Origin: Verrucomicrobiota bacterium | Lineage (GTDB): Bacteria > Verrucomicrobiota > Verrucomicrobiia > Limisphaerales > CANJSG01 | NCBI GenBank assembly: GCA_038209745.1 | Contig: JBBQXJ010000005.1 | Span: forward strand, 27,153-91,152 | Length of the DNA: 64,000 bases | Direction of reading: 5' to 3' | Shown here: piece by piece, positions 27,607 through 37,931 of the stretch | Layout: each line of letters opens with the position of its first letter | Position numbering within the stretch: the stretch's first letter is position 1 | The notes under the pieces: model-generated | The model's input: only the letters and a program-made list of their open reading frames with translations | Databases searched by the model: none | What the model was told of the DNA's origin: nothing | Translations under genes and position numbers: made by a program

Positions 27607-30471
27607 GTGCGAGCGCTTCTCCTGAATCTCCCGAGGTTTGTTTTTGGCTCCCTCTTCTGCCTGGCGGCCCTCTCAGCGCAGGCGCAGGACAGCTATCGGT
27701 GGGAGTTTCCGGTCAGCGGCGCATTCAACGACAAGAACAAGTGGGCTTCCTTCCCTAACGACGGCTTTCCCACGGCCGGGGATTTAGCCATCATCAATTT
27801 TGGGAATGGCTACACCGTGACCATCAACGGAGCGGCGTCAGGCATCGTCGAATTGGGGGGCGATGTTACCTTTCAGCTCGATGGCAACTACAACACAGGC
27901 GAGTTTCGGAAAGGTGAAGGCCGTCTGGTGTTGCGCAGCACCGGCACTCTGGCAGGCGGGCCCTTTTACCTGAGCGGAAACGGACTCGCCGACGTAAACA
28001 ACGTGGAGGTGGATGGCGCGGGATTGACCATGAATGGCCTGCTAACGGATAGCTCCTATAGGATCATTGGGCGCAACGGGGCGCAGATCAACTCCTCGGG
28101 GTTGACAGGTCAATACGGCACCAGTCCGCTGCTAGAATCGGGCGCGGTGTGGCATCACACCGGCACGAATTATGGGCCTTTGTGCATTGTCAACTCCGGC
28201 TCACTTCTGGCGGCAGATGTGGTCGGCTTTACCCGGGCCCAAATGGATGGCGGCCGCCTCCAGGCCGGTCAGCTCTTCCTTGGTGGTCTTGAGGCGACCA
28301 ACGGGGCTACGGTTAACGCCACCACCGCCAACCCCTCCGGATTCAGGCCCTGGGTTCTTGGGGGCGGCGGCACGAGGCTGACGGTCTCGGGCGTTCTCCA
28401 AGGCTCGACAGAGGATGTGAGGGCGCTGGCCGGAGCCGTGATTTCAGCCGGATCCCTTGCCAATTCCGGCTTTTACGTCGTCGACGGCAGCGGTTCGCAA
28501 CTGGCGGTCGCCGGCTCCATCGATGCAGCGAGGATTACGATGAGCAACCAGGGCCAGGGCAGCGCCGCCACCATGACCCGGAGTTCGTTGACCATCCGGA
28601 ATGGCGGCTCGGTCTTCAACGTCGGCGACCGGATTGAAGATTCTACCGTGATTGTCCAAAACGGAGCCCGGGTCAACGCCGGCCCCGGCGCGGGTAGCGG
28701 CTTCGCAGTAGATGGCGTGGGTTCGGTCGTGCTGCTCAGTGGGAAATTGGCCAAGTCACCGTCCGGAAGGCCCGCCTCGGTAGATGTGAGCGGCGGTGGA
28801 CGGCTGGACTGTGCCACGGCGAATGCCAGCGGCTCGGTGTTCGGAGCCGGTTCCTTCTGGCGGGTGGGCGGCGACGGTCTGGTTGTGGGCGACGAGGAAG
28901 AGATTTTCATGAGCCTGGGCGATGGCGGGCGGGTGGAAGTCCACGGCAATGCGATGGGGGTGGGCTCCAGTGTGGGCGGGAAAGGGAATGTGTATGTCGA
29001 TGGCGGCCCGTCGGTGTCGCCATCGGTGCTGGATGTCCGAGACGTTTTAGAGACCGGCGTCGGGGTTGGCGGAAAGGGATTTCTTAAAGTTTACAATCGT
29101 GGGCGGATGCTCGCCAGCAAGCTCACGGTGGGTGCCTATGCGGGATCCGACGGCACTCTGGAGGTCCTCGGTTCGGGCACGAGCTTGGAAGTGGGGACCA
29201 CGCTGGAGATCGGGAGGGGTGGCTCTGGCCAGATGACCGTCAGCGGCTTGGTGATCACGCCGGAAGTCCTCGTCGGATCAAACAGTGGAACCAACCTTCT
29301 CCGCCTGACGGGTTCTGGTTCCACCATGACGGTCGCCGATAGGGTCAGGTTGGGAAAATCGGGAAATGGCCAATTGACCATCCAACAGGGAGCGCAGCTC
29401 GTTCTGACGAGCGCTTGGGTAGAACCGAACCCCAGCGAGGTGGGTCTGTGCGAGGTTAGTTCGGGCTACGGGACCGGCACCGTTACGGTGGACGGATCAG
29501 GCTCGGCCTTGCGCGGGGTCAACGCCTTTCTGGCGGTTGGACTCACCGGCAAAGGGAATCTGAAAGTGACCGCTGGCGGAGCAGTTGATTTTTCCGCCAT
29601 CAGTATCTTTGGTGGGCAGAACCAAAGCAGCACCGGTTCCATCTCGGGTGAAGGTTCGGTGGTGCAAGCCCGCGATTCTGTAGTGATTGGAAATGCGTTT
29701 CCCGGCCCCGGATCGGACGAAGTCACCGTGTCCGCTGGCGGCCTTTTGAATTCCAAGGCCGATTTTCACGTGGGCCCGACGGGGACTCTGCGCTTGAGCG
29801 GGGGGTCGTGCGTGGTGGGGCAAACCGCCGAAGCGCCGATTCCCGGCACTGCGTTGGTCGCCAACTTCGGAAAGTTTTATCTGGGCGGCAAACTGATCGG
29901 CTCGGTGCTGGTCCGACCCGGCGGCCAGTTTCTGCCGGGCTCTTCGCCCGGCCATGCGGCGGTGGAGGGCAATGTGACGCTGGCCGCAGGCACCACCCTT
30001 GAAATGGAGTTGGGCGGCCTGGGTGCCGGTACCGGCTTCGATCAAATCGACGCCACCGGCACGGTGACGCTGGCCGGGCGGCTGGATTTTGTTTTTCGCG
30101 ACGGCTTTGCCCCGACCAACGGTCAGTCTTTCGAGCTGGTCCGGGGTGGGTCGGTCACGGGGAACTTTTCGGAAGTGAACGTGGTTGGCTTGGCGCCTGG
30201 CTTCACCTACACGCTGGTCAACAGCGGAGGAACCTCTTTGGTCCTCACCGCCACCAGCGCGGGCGTTCCGACGACCGCGCCGCTCTTGAGCATCTCCCGG
30301 TCGACCCGCACGAACGTGGTGGTCTCATGGCCGGATTACGTCACCGGCTGGACGCTTCAGCAGAGCACCAGTCTGCAATCGGGATCGTGGAAGCCGGTCG
30401 CCGCTCCGGGAAATCTCCTGAACGAGCCGGCTCCTGTCGGGTCTTCTTTTTTCCAACTGGTGAAGCCGTGA
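27607..30471 (+). CDS. Large secreted Gly-rich beta-helical repeat protein (T5SS/PEP-CTERM-associated-repeat-like) with a C-terminal beta domain
   Basis: Signal peptide; repeats of VG..G.G.L.V..GG and V.G.GS; PGSSPG..LEMELGG..FDQI; C-terminal ..VSWP..W.LQ..FFQL. Confidence 0.75.
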   Translation: MRALLLNLPRFVFGSLFCLAALSAQAQDSYRWEFPVSGAFNDKNKWASFPNDGFPTAGDLAIINFGNGYTVTINGAASGIVELGGDVTFQLDGNYNTGEFRKGEGRLVLRSTGTLAGGPFYLSGNGLADVNNVEVDGAGLTMNGLLTDSSYRIIGRNGAQINSSGLTGQYGTSPLLESGAVWHHTGTNYGPLCIVNSGSLLAADVVGFTRAQMDGGRLQAGQLFLGGLEATNGATVNATTANPSGFRPWVLGGGGTRLTVSGVLQGSTEDVRALAGAVISAGSLANSGFYVVDGSGSQLAVAGSIDAARITMSNQGQGSAATMTRSSLTIRNGGSVFNVGDRIEDSTVIVQNGARVNAGPGAGSGFAVDGVGSVVLLSGKLAKSPSGRPASVDVSGGGRLDCATANASGSVFGAGSFWRVGGDGLVVGDEEEIFMSLGDGGRVEVHGNAMGVGSSVGGKGNVYVDGGPSVSPSVLDVRDVLETGVGVGGKGFLKVYNRGRMLASKLTVGAYAGSDGTLEVLGSGTSLEVGTTLEIGRGGSGQMTVSGLVITPEVLVGSNSGTNLLRLTGSGSTMTVADRVRLGKSGNGQLTIQQGAQLVLTSAWVEPNPSEVGLCEVSSGYGTGTVTVDGSGSALRGVNAFLAVGLTGKGNLKVTAGGAVDFSAISIFGGQNQSSTGSISGEGSVVQARDSVVIGNAFPGPGSDEVTVSAGGLLNSKADFHVGPTGTLRLSGGSCVVGQTAEAPIPGTALVANFGKFYLGGKLIGSVLVRPGGQFLPGSSPGHAAVEGNVTLAAGTTLEMELGGLGAGTGFDQIDATGTVTLAGRLDFVFRDGFAPTNGQSFELVRGGSVTGNFSEVNVVGLAPGFTYTLVNSGGTSLVLTATSAGVPTTAPLLSISRSTRTNVVVSWPDYVTGWTLQQSTSLQSGSWKPVAAPGNLLNEPAPVGSSFFQLVKP

Positions 30472-30565
30472 CGGCGGTTTCTTGGGCGACCGAAGCCAGG
30501 GATCTTGGTGGGAGTCGAAGAGACCAGAACTGTTTGGCTTGGTCGGTGAACCCGGACGGCCGTTT

Positions 30566-31300
30566 CTAGGTTTCCTGGACTGAGTCCTTTTTTAGGAGGG
30601 GTTTGGACTTTGCCTTGTGTTCGCGACTTCGCTCGAACGACGACAGATCGATCCGGTCGGCGACCAGGTCCCGCATGACGGCCTGTTGGGGCTCGATCTT
30701 CTGGCAGGCGTCCATGACCAGAAATTTGAACTCCGTGCTCATCGCCAGGTATTGCTCGAGGATCCGGCCCTGGAAGATGCGGAAGCTTTCCGTGATGTCG
30801 TTCGACAGGCCCAGATCCATGCCGGCCTCGAAGTATTTCAGCTCAGGCCGACTGCTGAGGATGCGAGACAGGGAGGTCTCCAGCGGCGCCTTGAAGAAGA
30901 AGGTCAGATCGGGCAGAGCGGCGAAGTTGTAGATGCCGCGGACCCATTCGGAGCGGCAGCCGCGGACGATGTCGCGGGCGAACGCGGTGAAGATGTAGCG
31001 GTCGCAGAGCACGATGTAGCCGGCCCGGAGCAGGGGCAGGAGCTGCCGCTCGTATCGGTCGGCGAAGTCGGTGGCGTGGATCAGGCTGAAGGTGGTGGGC
31101 GAAAGCAGCTCGCGCTTCTTGCCCTTGCTGGTGGCCGTCTTGACCAGGACGGAGGAATTCCATTCGGTGAAGAAGACCTTGAGTCCCTGCAGTTCGAGCC
31201 AGCGCTTGAGCAGGTAGATCTGGGTGGACTTGCCGGAGCCGTCGATGCCTTCGACGGCGATCAGGCGACCGGGAAATCCGAGCTCGGCAAACGTTTTCAT
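30566..31300 (-). CDS. tmk: Thymidylate kinase-like protein
   Basis: EGIDGSGKST, LCDRY, PDLTFF. Confidence 0.8.
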   Translation of the reverse strand: MKTFAELGFPGRLIAVEGIDGSGKSTQIYLLKRWLELQGLKVFFTEWNSSVLVKTATSKGKKRELLSPTTFSLIHATDFADRYERQLLPLLRAGYIVLCDRYIFTAFARDIVRGCRSEWVRGIYNFAALPDLTFFFKAPLETSLSRILSSRPELKYFEAGMDLGLSNDITESFRIFQGRILEQYLAMSTEFKFLVMDACQKIEPQQAVMRDLVADRIDLSSFERSREHKAKSKPLLKKDSVQET

Positions 31301-31439
31301 GAACCTGGGGAGACGCTAGGGCGAAGGCCGGGAATGCCAAGGAGCTTTACCGAGGGAAGGAGAAAACGGGTGCTTCGACGTGAGCGGACCTGAGGAAAAC
31401 TATTGGCCAAGGCGACGCAGCGCCGACACTTTTGCAGCG

Positions 31440-32228
31440 ATGCCGCTGTCGTTCACCTTTCTCGGTTCCGGGACTTCCCAGGGCGTTCCCATCATCGGAT
31501 GGGACTATCCGGCGGAGTTTCTTGCCAATCCCAAGAACCACCGGACCCGTCCGTCGATCTACGTGGAGACGCCGGTGGTCCGTTTCGCCGTGGATACCAC
31601 GCCGGAATTCCGCCTGCAGATTCTGAGGGAAGACATCCGTCGGCTTGATGCGGTGTTGTTCACCCACGGCCATGCGGACCACATCATGGGATTGGACGAC
31701 TGCCGCCGCTTCTGTGACTTGAACGGCGGACAGCCGCTGCCGATCTATGCGAACGAGGCGACGATGAACGATCTCCGGCGGGTCTTCCGCTACGCCTTCG
31801 AGATCCGGCCCGTCCCCTTGGGCTATTTCCATCCCGATCCAAGGATCATCGACGGTCCGTTTTTGATCGGGGATCTGACCGTGAAGACTTTCGAGCTGCC
31901 CCACGGTCGGGTGAAGACGTTGGGGTATCTCTTCATCCAAGACGGGGTGAAGCGGCTGGCCTATCTCAGCGACTGCAAGGAAGTGCCCGAAGAGGCGATC
32001 CGGGAACTGCGCGGTGTCCAAGTGGCCGTCCTCGACGCGCTGCGGATCGCGCCCCACCCGACCCACATGTGCCTCGACGAAGCGTTGACCACCGCTCGCC
32101 GGATCGGGGCGGACCGCACCTACTTCACCCATTTGACCCACGACTACGACCACGACAAATCGCAGGCGGAGCTACCGGACAGCGTGTTTCTGGCCTATGA
32201 TGGTTTGCGGGTCGAGATTCCCGCCTAA
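31440..32228 (+). CDS. MBL-fold metallohydrolase (PhnP-like)
   Basis: [30 protein letters not shown]. Confidence 0.9.
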   Translation: MPLSFTFLGSGTSQGVPIIGWDYPAEFLANPKNHRTRPSIYVETPVVRFAVDTTPEFRLQILREDIRRLDAVLFTHGHADHIMGLDDCRRFCDLNGGQPLPIYANEATMNDLRRVFRYAFEIRPVPLGYFHPDPRIIDGPFLIGDLTVKTFELPHGRVKTLGYLFIQDGVKRLAYLSDCKEVPEEAIRELRGVQVAVLDALRIAPHPTHMCLDEALTTARRIGADRTYFTHLTHDYDHDKSQAELPDSVFLAYDGLRVEIPA

Positions 32229-32231
32229 GCC

Positions 32232-33995
32232 ATGCGCCCATCCCTGCTTTCCATCGTCGCTTCGCTGGTGCTGCTGTCGGTGGCCGCCGGTCGGGCGGAA
32301 GACGGCACCTCCGTCGTCGTCGTCTACAACAAGAACGTCAAAGCCTCCAGGGCGGTGGCCGACTACTACGCCGCAAAACGCGGCGTGCCGGCCAAGCAGA
32401 TCATCGGTCTGAGCCTGCCGGAGGGGGAGAACATGTCGCGGAAGGAGTTCACGACGAAGATGTGGCAGCCGCTCTGGGACAAGATGGAGAGCGGGAAGCT
32501 GTTCGTCATCAAATCAGCGTCGGTCCCGGGAACCAACTCCGCCGACATCAGGACCTACTGGAAGGTCGCGGAGTCCACCGTCCGCTACATGGTCCTGTGC
32601 TACGGCGTGCCGCTGCGGGTTCAACACGACCCGTCGCTGCACGAGCCACAGGAAGCATCGCTGATTCCGGAGCTGAGGAACAATGGATCGGCGGTGGAGA
32701 ACGAGCTGTGTCTCCTCCCCCTTTACGACTTGAAGCTGCCGGTGGTCGGACTGGTCAACAATCCGAACTACGGCCAGACCAACACCGCCCTGCTGGATCC
32801 GACCAACGGCCTTTTGATGGTCACGCGCCTCGACGGGCCGACGCCCGAGATCGCCATGGGGCTCGTGGACAAGGCGCTCGCCGGCGAGGCCAAAGGGTTG
32901 TGGGGGCGCGCCTACATCGACTCCAGGAACATTCGCAGCGGAGCCTATCTGATGGGTGACGACTGGATGCGGAACACCGCCATCTGGACCAAGGCCGCCG
33001 GTTTCGAAACCGTGTTGGACGAAGATCCGGAGGTGTTCCCGACTTGGTATCCGATGAGCCACATCGCCTTCTACGCGGGGTGGTATACGGGCACGGCGGC
33101 CGGCCCATTCAGCCGGGCCAAGGTTGAATTCATGCCCGGGGCTTTCGCCTACCACTTGAACTCCTTCAGCGCCGCCACCGTCCGCAATCCAACCCAGAAC
33201 TGGGTGGCGCCCCTATTGGCGGCAGGGGTCACCTGCACCATGGGATCGGTCGATGAACCGTATCTGATGGGCACGCCCGACATCGGCACGTTCGCCCGCC
33301 TTTTTCTGCTGCGAGGCCAGAGTTTTGGCGAGGCCGCGTATGCCTGCAACCAGACGCTCTCGTGGAAGACCGTCGTCGTAGGCGACCCGCTTTACCGTCC
33401 GATGGCGCGCGACCTGCGCAAGACCCATGAACAGTTCGAAGCCACGCACGATCCCCTGCTGGAGTGGTCCCACATGGGCGTGATCAACCGGAACGAAAAC
33501 CTCGGCACGCCTCCGGCCACGCTCGCCAGCTACATCGAGGAGATCGCGAACCACGAGGAGAGTTCCGTGTTGATGGAGAAGCTGGGAGATCTCGACCGAA
33601 AACTGGGCAAACCGGCGAGCGCGCTCGCCAGTTGGCAAAAGGCCCTGCCCAAGGCCGAGAGTCTCCAGCAGACCATCCGGCTCAAGCTGACGATCGCCGA
33701 TGCCTTGGCCGAAGCGGGCCAGCCCGCCGAGGCTCTCGATCTGCTGGACAGGTTCCTCAAGAGCTATCCCGACTACTCGAACCGAAAGGGAATCCTGGAG
33801 AAAGCCGTTCCGTTGGCCGAGAAGGCCGGCCGCAAAGAGGCCGAGGCCGCCTATCGGTCCGAGCTTCTCAAGCTGCAGCCTGGCGACGAAAAAAAGCCTG
33901 CCGATCAAGCTTTGAACCAGGAGGAGAAGCCGTTCTTTAAGATCCGGGGGACCGGCTCCGCTCGATCCGTCCGGAGGCCCGGGATCAAGCAATGA
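32232..33995 (+). CDS. TIGR03790-like exported protein with C-terminal TPR-like repeats
   Basis: Signal peptide; VVVYN..S..VA.YY..R, RLDGP, YAGWY, GSVDEPYL, GDPLYRP. Confidence 0.75.
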   Translation: MRPSLLSIVASLVLLSVAAGRAEDGTSVVVVYNKNVKASRAVADYYAAKRGVPAKQIIGLSLPEGENMSRKEFTTKMWQPLWDKMESGKLFVIKSASVPGTNSADIRTYWKVAESTVRYMVLCYGVPLRVQHDPSLHEPQEASLIPELRNNGSAVENELCLLPLYDLKLPVVGLVNNPNYGQTNTALLDPTNGLLMVTRLDGPTPEIAMGLVDKALAGEAKGLWGRAYIDSRNIRSGAYLMGDDWMRNTAIWTKAAGFETVLDEDPEVFPTWYPMSHIAFYAGWYTGTAAGPFSRAKVEFMPGAFAYHLNSFSAATVRNPTQNWVAPLLAAGVTCTMGSVDEPYLMGTPDIGTFARLFLLRGQSFGEAAYACNQTLSWKTVVVGDPLYRPMARDLRKTHEQFEATHDPLLEWSHMGVINRNENLGTPPATLASYIEEIANHEESSVLMEKLGDLDRKLGKPASALASWQKALPKAESLQQTIRLKLTIADALAEAGQPAEALDLLDRFLKSYPDYSNRKGILEKAVPLAEKAGRKEAEAAYRSELLKLQPGDEKKPADQALNQEEKPFFKIRGTGSARSVRRPGIKQ

Positions 33996-34009
33996 TCCGC
34001 TGAGCCCGG

Positions 34010-35728
34010 CTAATGGGCTGCGGTCGCGACCAGGACCTGCTCGAGCGTCGAAATCCCGTCGCGAACTTTTTCCAGGGCGACCTCTCGGAGGGTCTTCATG
34101 CCCTGTTGGACGGCGACCTTTCCGATTTCCGATGCGCTGGAGCGCTGGATCACCAGTTTCCGGATTTCGTCGGTGACGGTCATGACCTCGATGATGGCGC
34201 AGCGGCCGGAGTAGCCGGTGTTCTTGCAGCGTTCACAGCCCCGGCCCTTGTAGAGCGTGACGCCGGCCCATTGCTTCGGGTCGAGGTGCAGGTCGTGGAA
34301 CATCTTGTCCGGGTAGGTGACCTCTTCCTTGCAGGCCGGACAGATGCGCCGGATGAGCCGCTGGGCGCAGCTGAGAATGACGGAAGAGGAGATGAGGAAA
34401 GGCTCGATGCCCATGTCGTCCAAACGAGCGATGGCGCCCGGGGCGTCGTTGCAGTGCATGGTGCTGAGCACCTGGTGACCGGTGAGCGCGGCCTCGACGG
34501 CGATCTCGGCGGTTTCGCTGTCTCGGATCTCGCCGATCATCACGATGTCGGGGTCTTGCCGGAGGATCGAGCGCAGGGAGTTGGCGAAGGTGAGACCGAT
34601 CTCTTTCTTGACGGGCACCTGGTTGATGCCGGGGATCTGGAATTCGACCGGGTCTTCGACGGTGACGATGTTGTATTCCGGGCTGTTGAGCTCGTTGAGC
34701 GCCGAATAAAGGGTCGTGGTCTTGCCGGAGCCGGTGGGGCCGGTGACGAGGATCAACCCGTGGGGCGCGTCGATCGCGGATCGAAAACGCTTCAACGTGT
34801 GCGGATCCATGCCGAGCTTCTCGACGCTGGCAGAGAGGTTCGACTTGTCCAGGACGCGGAGCACGCACTTCTCGCCGTGGACGGTGGGAAGAAAACTGAC
34901 GCGGAGATCGATGTCCTTGCCGGCGACTTTGACGCGCATACGGCCGTCCTGGGGAAGGCGCCGTTCGGCGATGTCGAGGTTGCTCATGATCTTCAGCCGG
35001 GACACGAGAGCGATATAGAGCTGCTTGGGCGGCGGCGGCATGTCGGACAGTGCGCCGTCGACGCGGTAGCGAAGGCGGATGACCCGCTCAAAGGGTTCGA
35101 GGTGGATGTCGCTCGCGTGTTCGCGGATGGCCTGGACGAGGATCAGGTTCGCCAGCTTGATGACCGGAGCCTCCTCGCTGGAGGCCGCGAGAACGGAGAG
35201 GTCCGACTCCTCCGTGTCGATCTTGGTGAGCTCGATGCCGTCGGCGTCGGATTCGGCCTGGTTGATGATGTCCTCCATGCTGTGGCCGGCAGCATTGAGG
35301 TTGTTGATCTTTTCGATGATGGCGCGCTCGGGCGCGATCAGCGGGGAGATTTCGAGCTTGGTGAGACGTTTGACGTCGTCGAGGGCGAGGACGTTGAGCG
35401 GATCGGCCATCGCCACGAACAGCTTGAGGCCGACGCGGGAGATGGGGAGGATCTTGTGGTTGAGGCAAACGTCGCGCGGGATCAGTTCGATGACTTCGGG
35501 GGCGATTCCGATCCGGGCAAGATTGACGGGTGGCGTGTTGAGCACGCGGCCCATGCTGACGGCGAGATCGGGCTCGGTGACGTAGGCCTTCTCGATGATG
35601 AGCTTGAGGAGGCGGACGCCTTCCTTCTTCTGCTTCTCCAGCAGTTCGACGACTTGCCCGGGCGACATCAGCCCGTCTTCGACGAGGGCGTCCGCGATCT
35701 TTTCCCCGAATGTCTTTACGTGGGCCAT
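34010..35728 (-). CDS. pilB: Type IV pilus / T2SS assembly ATPase (PilB/GspE)
   Basis: ASDIHLEP, RLPQDGR, GPTGSGKTT, EDPVE, LRQDPD, GEIRD, tetracysteine motif. Confidence 0.92.
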   Translation of the reverse strand: MAHVKTFGEKIADALVEDGLMSPGQVVELLEKQKKEGVRLLKLIIEKAYVTEPDLAVSMGRVLNTPPVNLARIGIAPEVIELIPRDVCLNHKILPISRVGLKLFVAMADPLNVLALDDVKRLTKLEISPLIAPERAIIEKINNLNAAGHSMEDIINQAESDADGIELTKIDTEESDLSVLAASSEEAPVIKLANLILVQAIREHASDIHLEPFERVIRLRYRVDGALSDMPPPPKQLYIALVSRLKIMSNLDIAERRLPQDGRMRVKVAGKDIDLRVSFLPTVHGEKCVLRVLDKSNLSASVEKLGMDPHTLKRFRSAIDAPHGLILVTGPTGSGKTTTLYSALNELNSPEYNIVTVEDPVEFQIPGINQVPVKKEIGLTFANSLRSILRQDPDIVMIGEIRDSETAEIAVEAALTGHQVLSTMHCNDAPGAIARLDDMGIEPFLISSSVILSCAQRLIRRICPACKEEVTYPDKMFHDLHLDPKQWAGVTLYKGRGCERCKNTGYSGRCAIIEVMTVTDEIRKLVIQRSSASEIGKVAVQQGMKTLREVALEKVRDGISTLEQVLVATAAH

Positions 35729-35732
35729 GGCG

Positions 35733-36602
35733 TCAGCGGAGGAGCTTCTCGATCGCTTTCTGGATCTCGACCGGAGTGGCGAGATACCAGATGACGCGGT
35801 TGGGGGTGATGGCGTGGATCGCGGCCTCGGCCTGTTTGTTGAACGGATTGGCGGTGGCGACGAAGATCGACTTGCTCATTCGGTCGAAGGGCAGCACGCA
35901 CCAGCGCCGACAAAGGCTTTTCGGAAAGATCCGGGTGAGTTCGACGTCGATATCGTAGCGGTCCAACGCGATGAAGGCGGAGCGGGATCGGTCGGAGACG
36001 ACCTTGATCGACTTGTCCAGCGGCACATTGCCTTGTTCGGCCAAGATCTGGATGAAGGGATCGGCCACCTTGTCGGAATGGGCCGTGGCGTCCAGCTTCG
36101 CCCAATGAGCGTCGAACTCGGGCAGGGTGATAACGCGCCCGTCCACGAAGATTTTCCGCATGATCTCGCGGCCTTCGTCTCCTCCGGGGGGAGGACTCCG
36201 ATCCGAGAGGATCGGAGTTTCCGCGGTCCGACGTTGGAACCGGGTCGTGTGGCTGGTGTCCGTTGCCTTGGAGGCGTCTCCCGCATCCTGGCCGCGGTCG
36301 ATGGCGTCGGCCTTGGTCTGGATCTCGGCCATCGCGGCGATCACTTCCGCGTCGTCGGGATAGCGCTGGAGGATGGTCTCGTATTCGAGGAGGGCCGAGG
36401 AGAGCTGGCCCAGCTGGACGTAGGCGGAGGCGATGCGGCGGGCGGTGCGGACGACGTCCCGCTGCCGCTCCAGTTTAAGGTAGGCTTCTTTGAGGATCTC
36501 CAGCGACTGATAGTCGAGGGGCTGGGCGACGGTAATGACTTCGAACATCTCAATCGTCTGATTGAGCTGTGCCTGTTCGTCAGATGTTAGTTGGCCGAGC
36601 AT
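35733..36602 (-). CDS. TPR-like + GspE/PilB N-terminal-like domain protein (no ATPase domain)
   Basis: Helical N-terminus; C-terminal C....VLPF.......VA.ANPF resembles T2SSE_N; directly upstream of pilB. Confidence 0.6.
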   Translation of the reverse strand: MLGQLTSDEQAQLNQTIEMFEVITVAQPLDYQSLEILKEAYLKLERQRDVVRTARRIASAYVQLGQLSSALLEYETILQRYPDDAEVIAAMAEIQTKADAIDRGQDAGDASKATDTSHTTRFQRRTAETPILSDRSPPPGGDEGREIMRKIFVDGRVITLPEFDAHWAKLDATAHSDKVADPFIQILAEQGNVPLDKSIKVVSDRSRSAFIALDRYDIDVELTRIFPKSLCRRWCVLPFDRMSKSIFVATANPFNKQAEAAIHAITPNRVIWYLATPVEIQKAIEKLLR

Positions 36603-36879
36603 CTCAAAACTTCTTCCCGTGAGCCGGTTCCGTGGCCGCTCGTCTCAGTGGATACCGAGCCGCGCGGGCGGAATCCGTCCGTTGCTGTCTCTCTTGTCGG
36701 AGCCGTTGCATCGCGGCTTAACCCCGTTGCCGCCGACCGATTGGAAACGGCCTTTGAACACGCGGGGGGCCGAGCGGGTCTGACGTTTGCGTTCGACCCT
36801 GTGGACCGGTATTTTCGTTGCCCGGTCGTCGCATGGAAACCTAAACTTCCCAACTGTGCCCGCTACTGTCGCTCTATCA

Positions 36880-37929
36880 TTGAAACGGCCCGTTTTGTTC
36901 GCCGTAACATCTCTCGCCTTGTTGGCTGCCGGATGCGGGCGGGAGGAGATCCGCGTCTATCGAGCGCCGAAGCGGACGGAGGATCCCGCCACGGCGCAGA
37001 CCCAGGCCGCGTCCACGGCGGCCGCCGGATCGCGCTCGGGGGTCCACTGGGAAGCTCCTGCGAACTGGACGGAGCAGCCCGCGACCCAGATGCGGGTGGG
37101 CAGTTTCGGGATCAAGGGAGCCAACGGCGGGGCGGCCGACGTTTCCGTCATTCCTCTTTCGGGCGACTCGGGCACTGAATTGGGCAATGTGAACCGTTGG
37201 CGGGGCCAAATGGGCCTTTCGCCGGTGGCGGAGGCCGAATTGCCCGCCCTCGGCGCCGGCGTGGAGATCGGGGATCAATCCGCCACGCTGTATGACTTCC
37301 TCGGCACCCCGCCGAACAAGTCCGTTCCAGAACGGATGCTAGTCGCGGTCGCCAATGAATCTGGCACCGCGTGGTTCTTCAAGATGATGGGCGACGACGG
37401 CACGGTCGCCGGAGAACGAGTGGCTTTTGTAGCCTTTCTGAAATCCGTCCATTTCCATGCCGACGGCGCTGCCGCTTCACATGAGGCGGCTCCTGCTACT
37501 CCCGCCGCAGCGGCTCCGGAGGCTTCAGCCAAGTGGAAGATTCCCGCTTCTTGGACCGAAACCGCACCGGGCGCCATGCAGCAGGCGAAGTTCTTGGCCA
37601 AGGGCGACGGTGCCGCCGAAGCGGAGATCACCCTGAGCGTCTTCCCCGGTCAGGCCGGCGGATTGCTGCCGAACGTGAATCGCTGGCGCAAGCAGATCCA
37701 GCTCCAGCCGGTTACTGAGGACGAACTCGAGAAGCTCGTCCAGACGCAGGACGTTCCAACCGGCAAGATGACCGTTCTGGACATGTCGGACGCCAACGGC
37801 GGCAACCGCCTGGTGGCGGCGATCGTGGTCCGCGGCGGTCAGTCATGGTATTTTAAGATCAAGGGCGACTCCGGCGTCATCGACCGCGAACGGGCCGCTT
37901 TCCTCCAATTTGCCGGCCAGCCCCAGTAA
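36880..37929 (+). CDS. Lipoprotein with a duplicated domain, cytochrome c maturation cluster
   Basis: LLAAGC lipobox; two copies of W..PA.W.E...M...F...NVNRWR.Q...W(F/Y)FK; start uncertain. Confidence 0.7.
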   Translation: MKRPVLFAVTSLALLAAGCGREEIRVYRAPKRTEDPATAQTQAASTAAAGSRSGVHWEAPANWTEQPATQMRVGSFGIKGANGGAADVSVIPLSGDSGTELGNVNRWRGQMGLSPVAEAELPALGAGVEIGDQSATLYDFLGTPPNKSVPERMLVAVANESGTAWFFKMMGDDGTVAGERVAFVAFLKSVHFHADGAAASHEAAPATPAAAAPEASAKWKIPASWTETAPGAMQQAKFLAKGDGAAEAEITLSVFPGQAGGLLPNVNRWRKQIQLQPVTEDELEKLVQTQDVPTGKMTVLDMSDANGGNRLVAAIVVRGGQSWYFKIKGDSGVIDRERAAFLQFAGQPQ

Positions 37930-37931
37930 CC

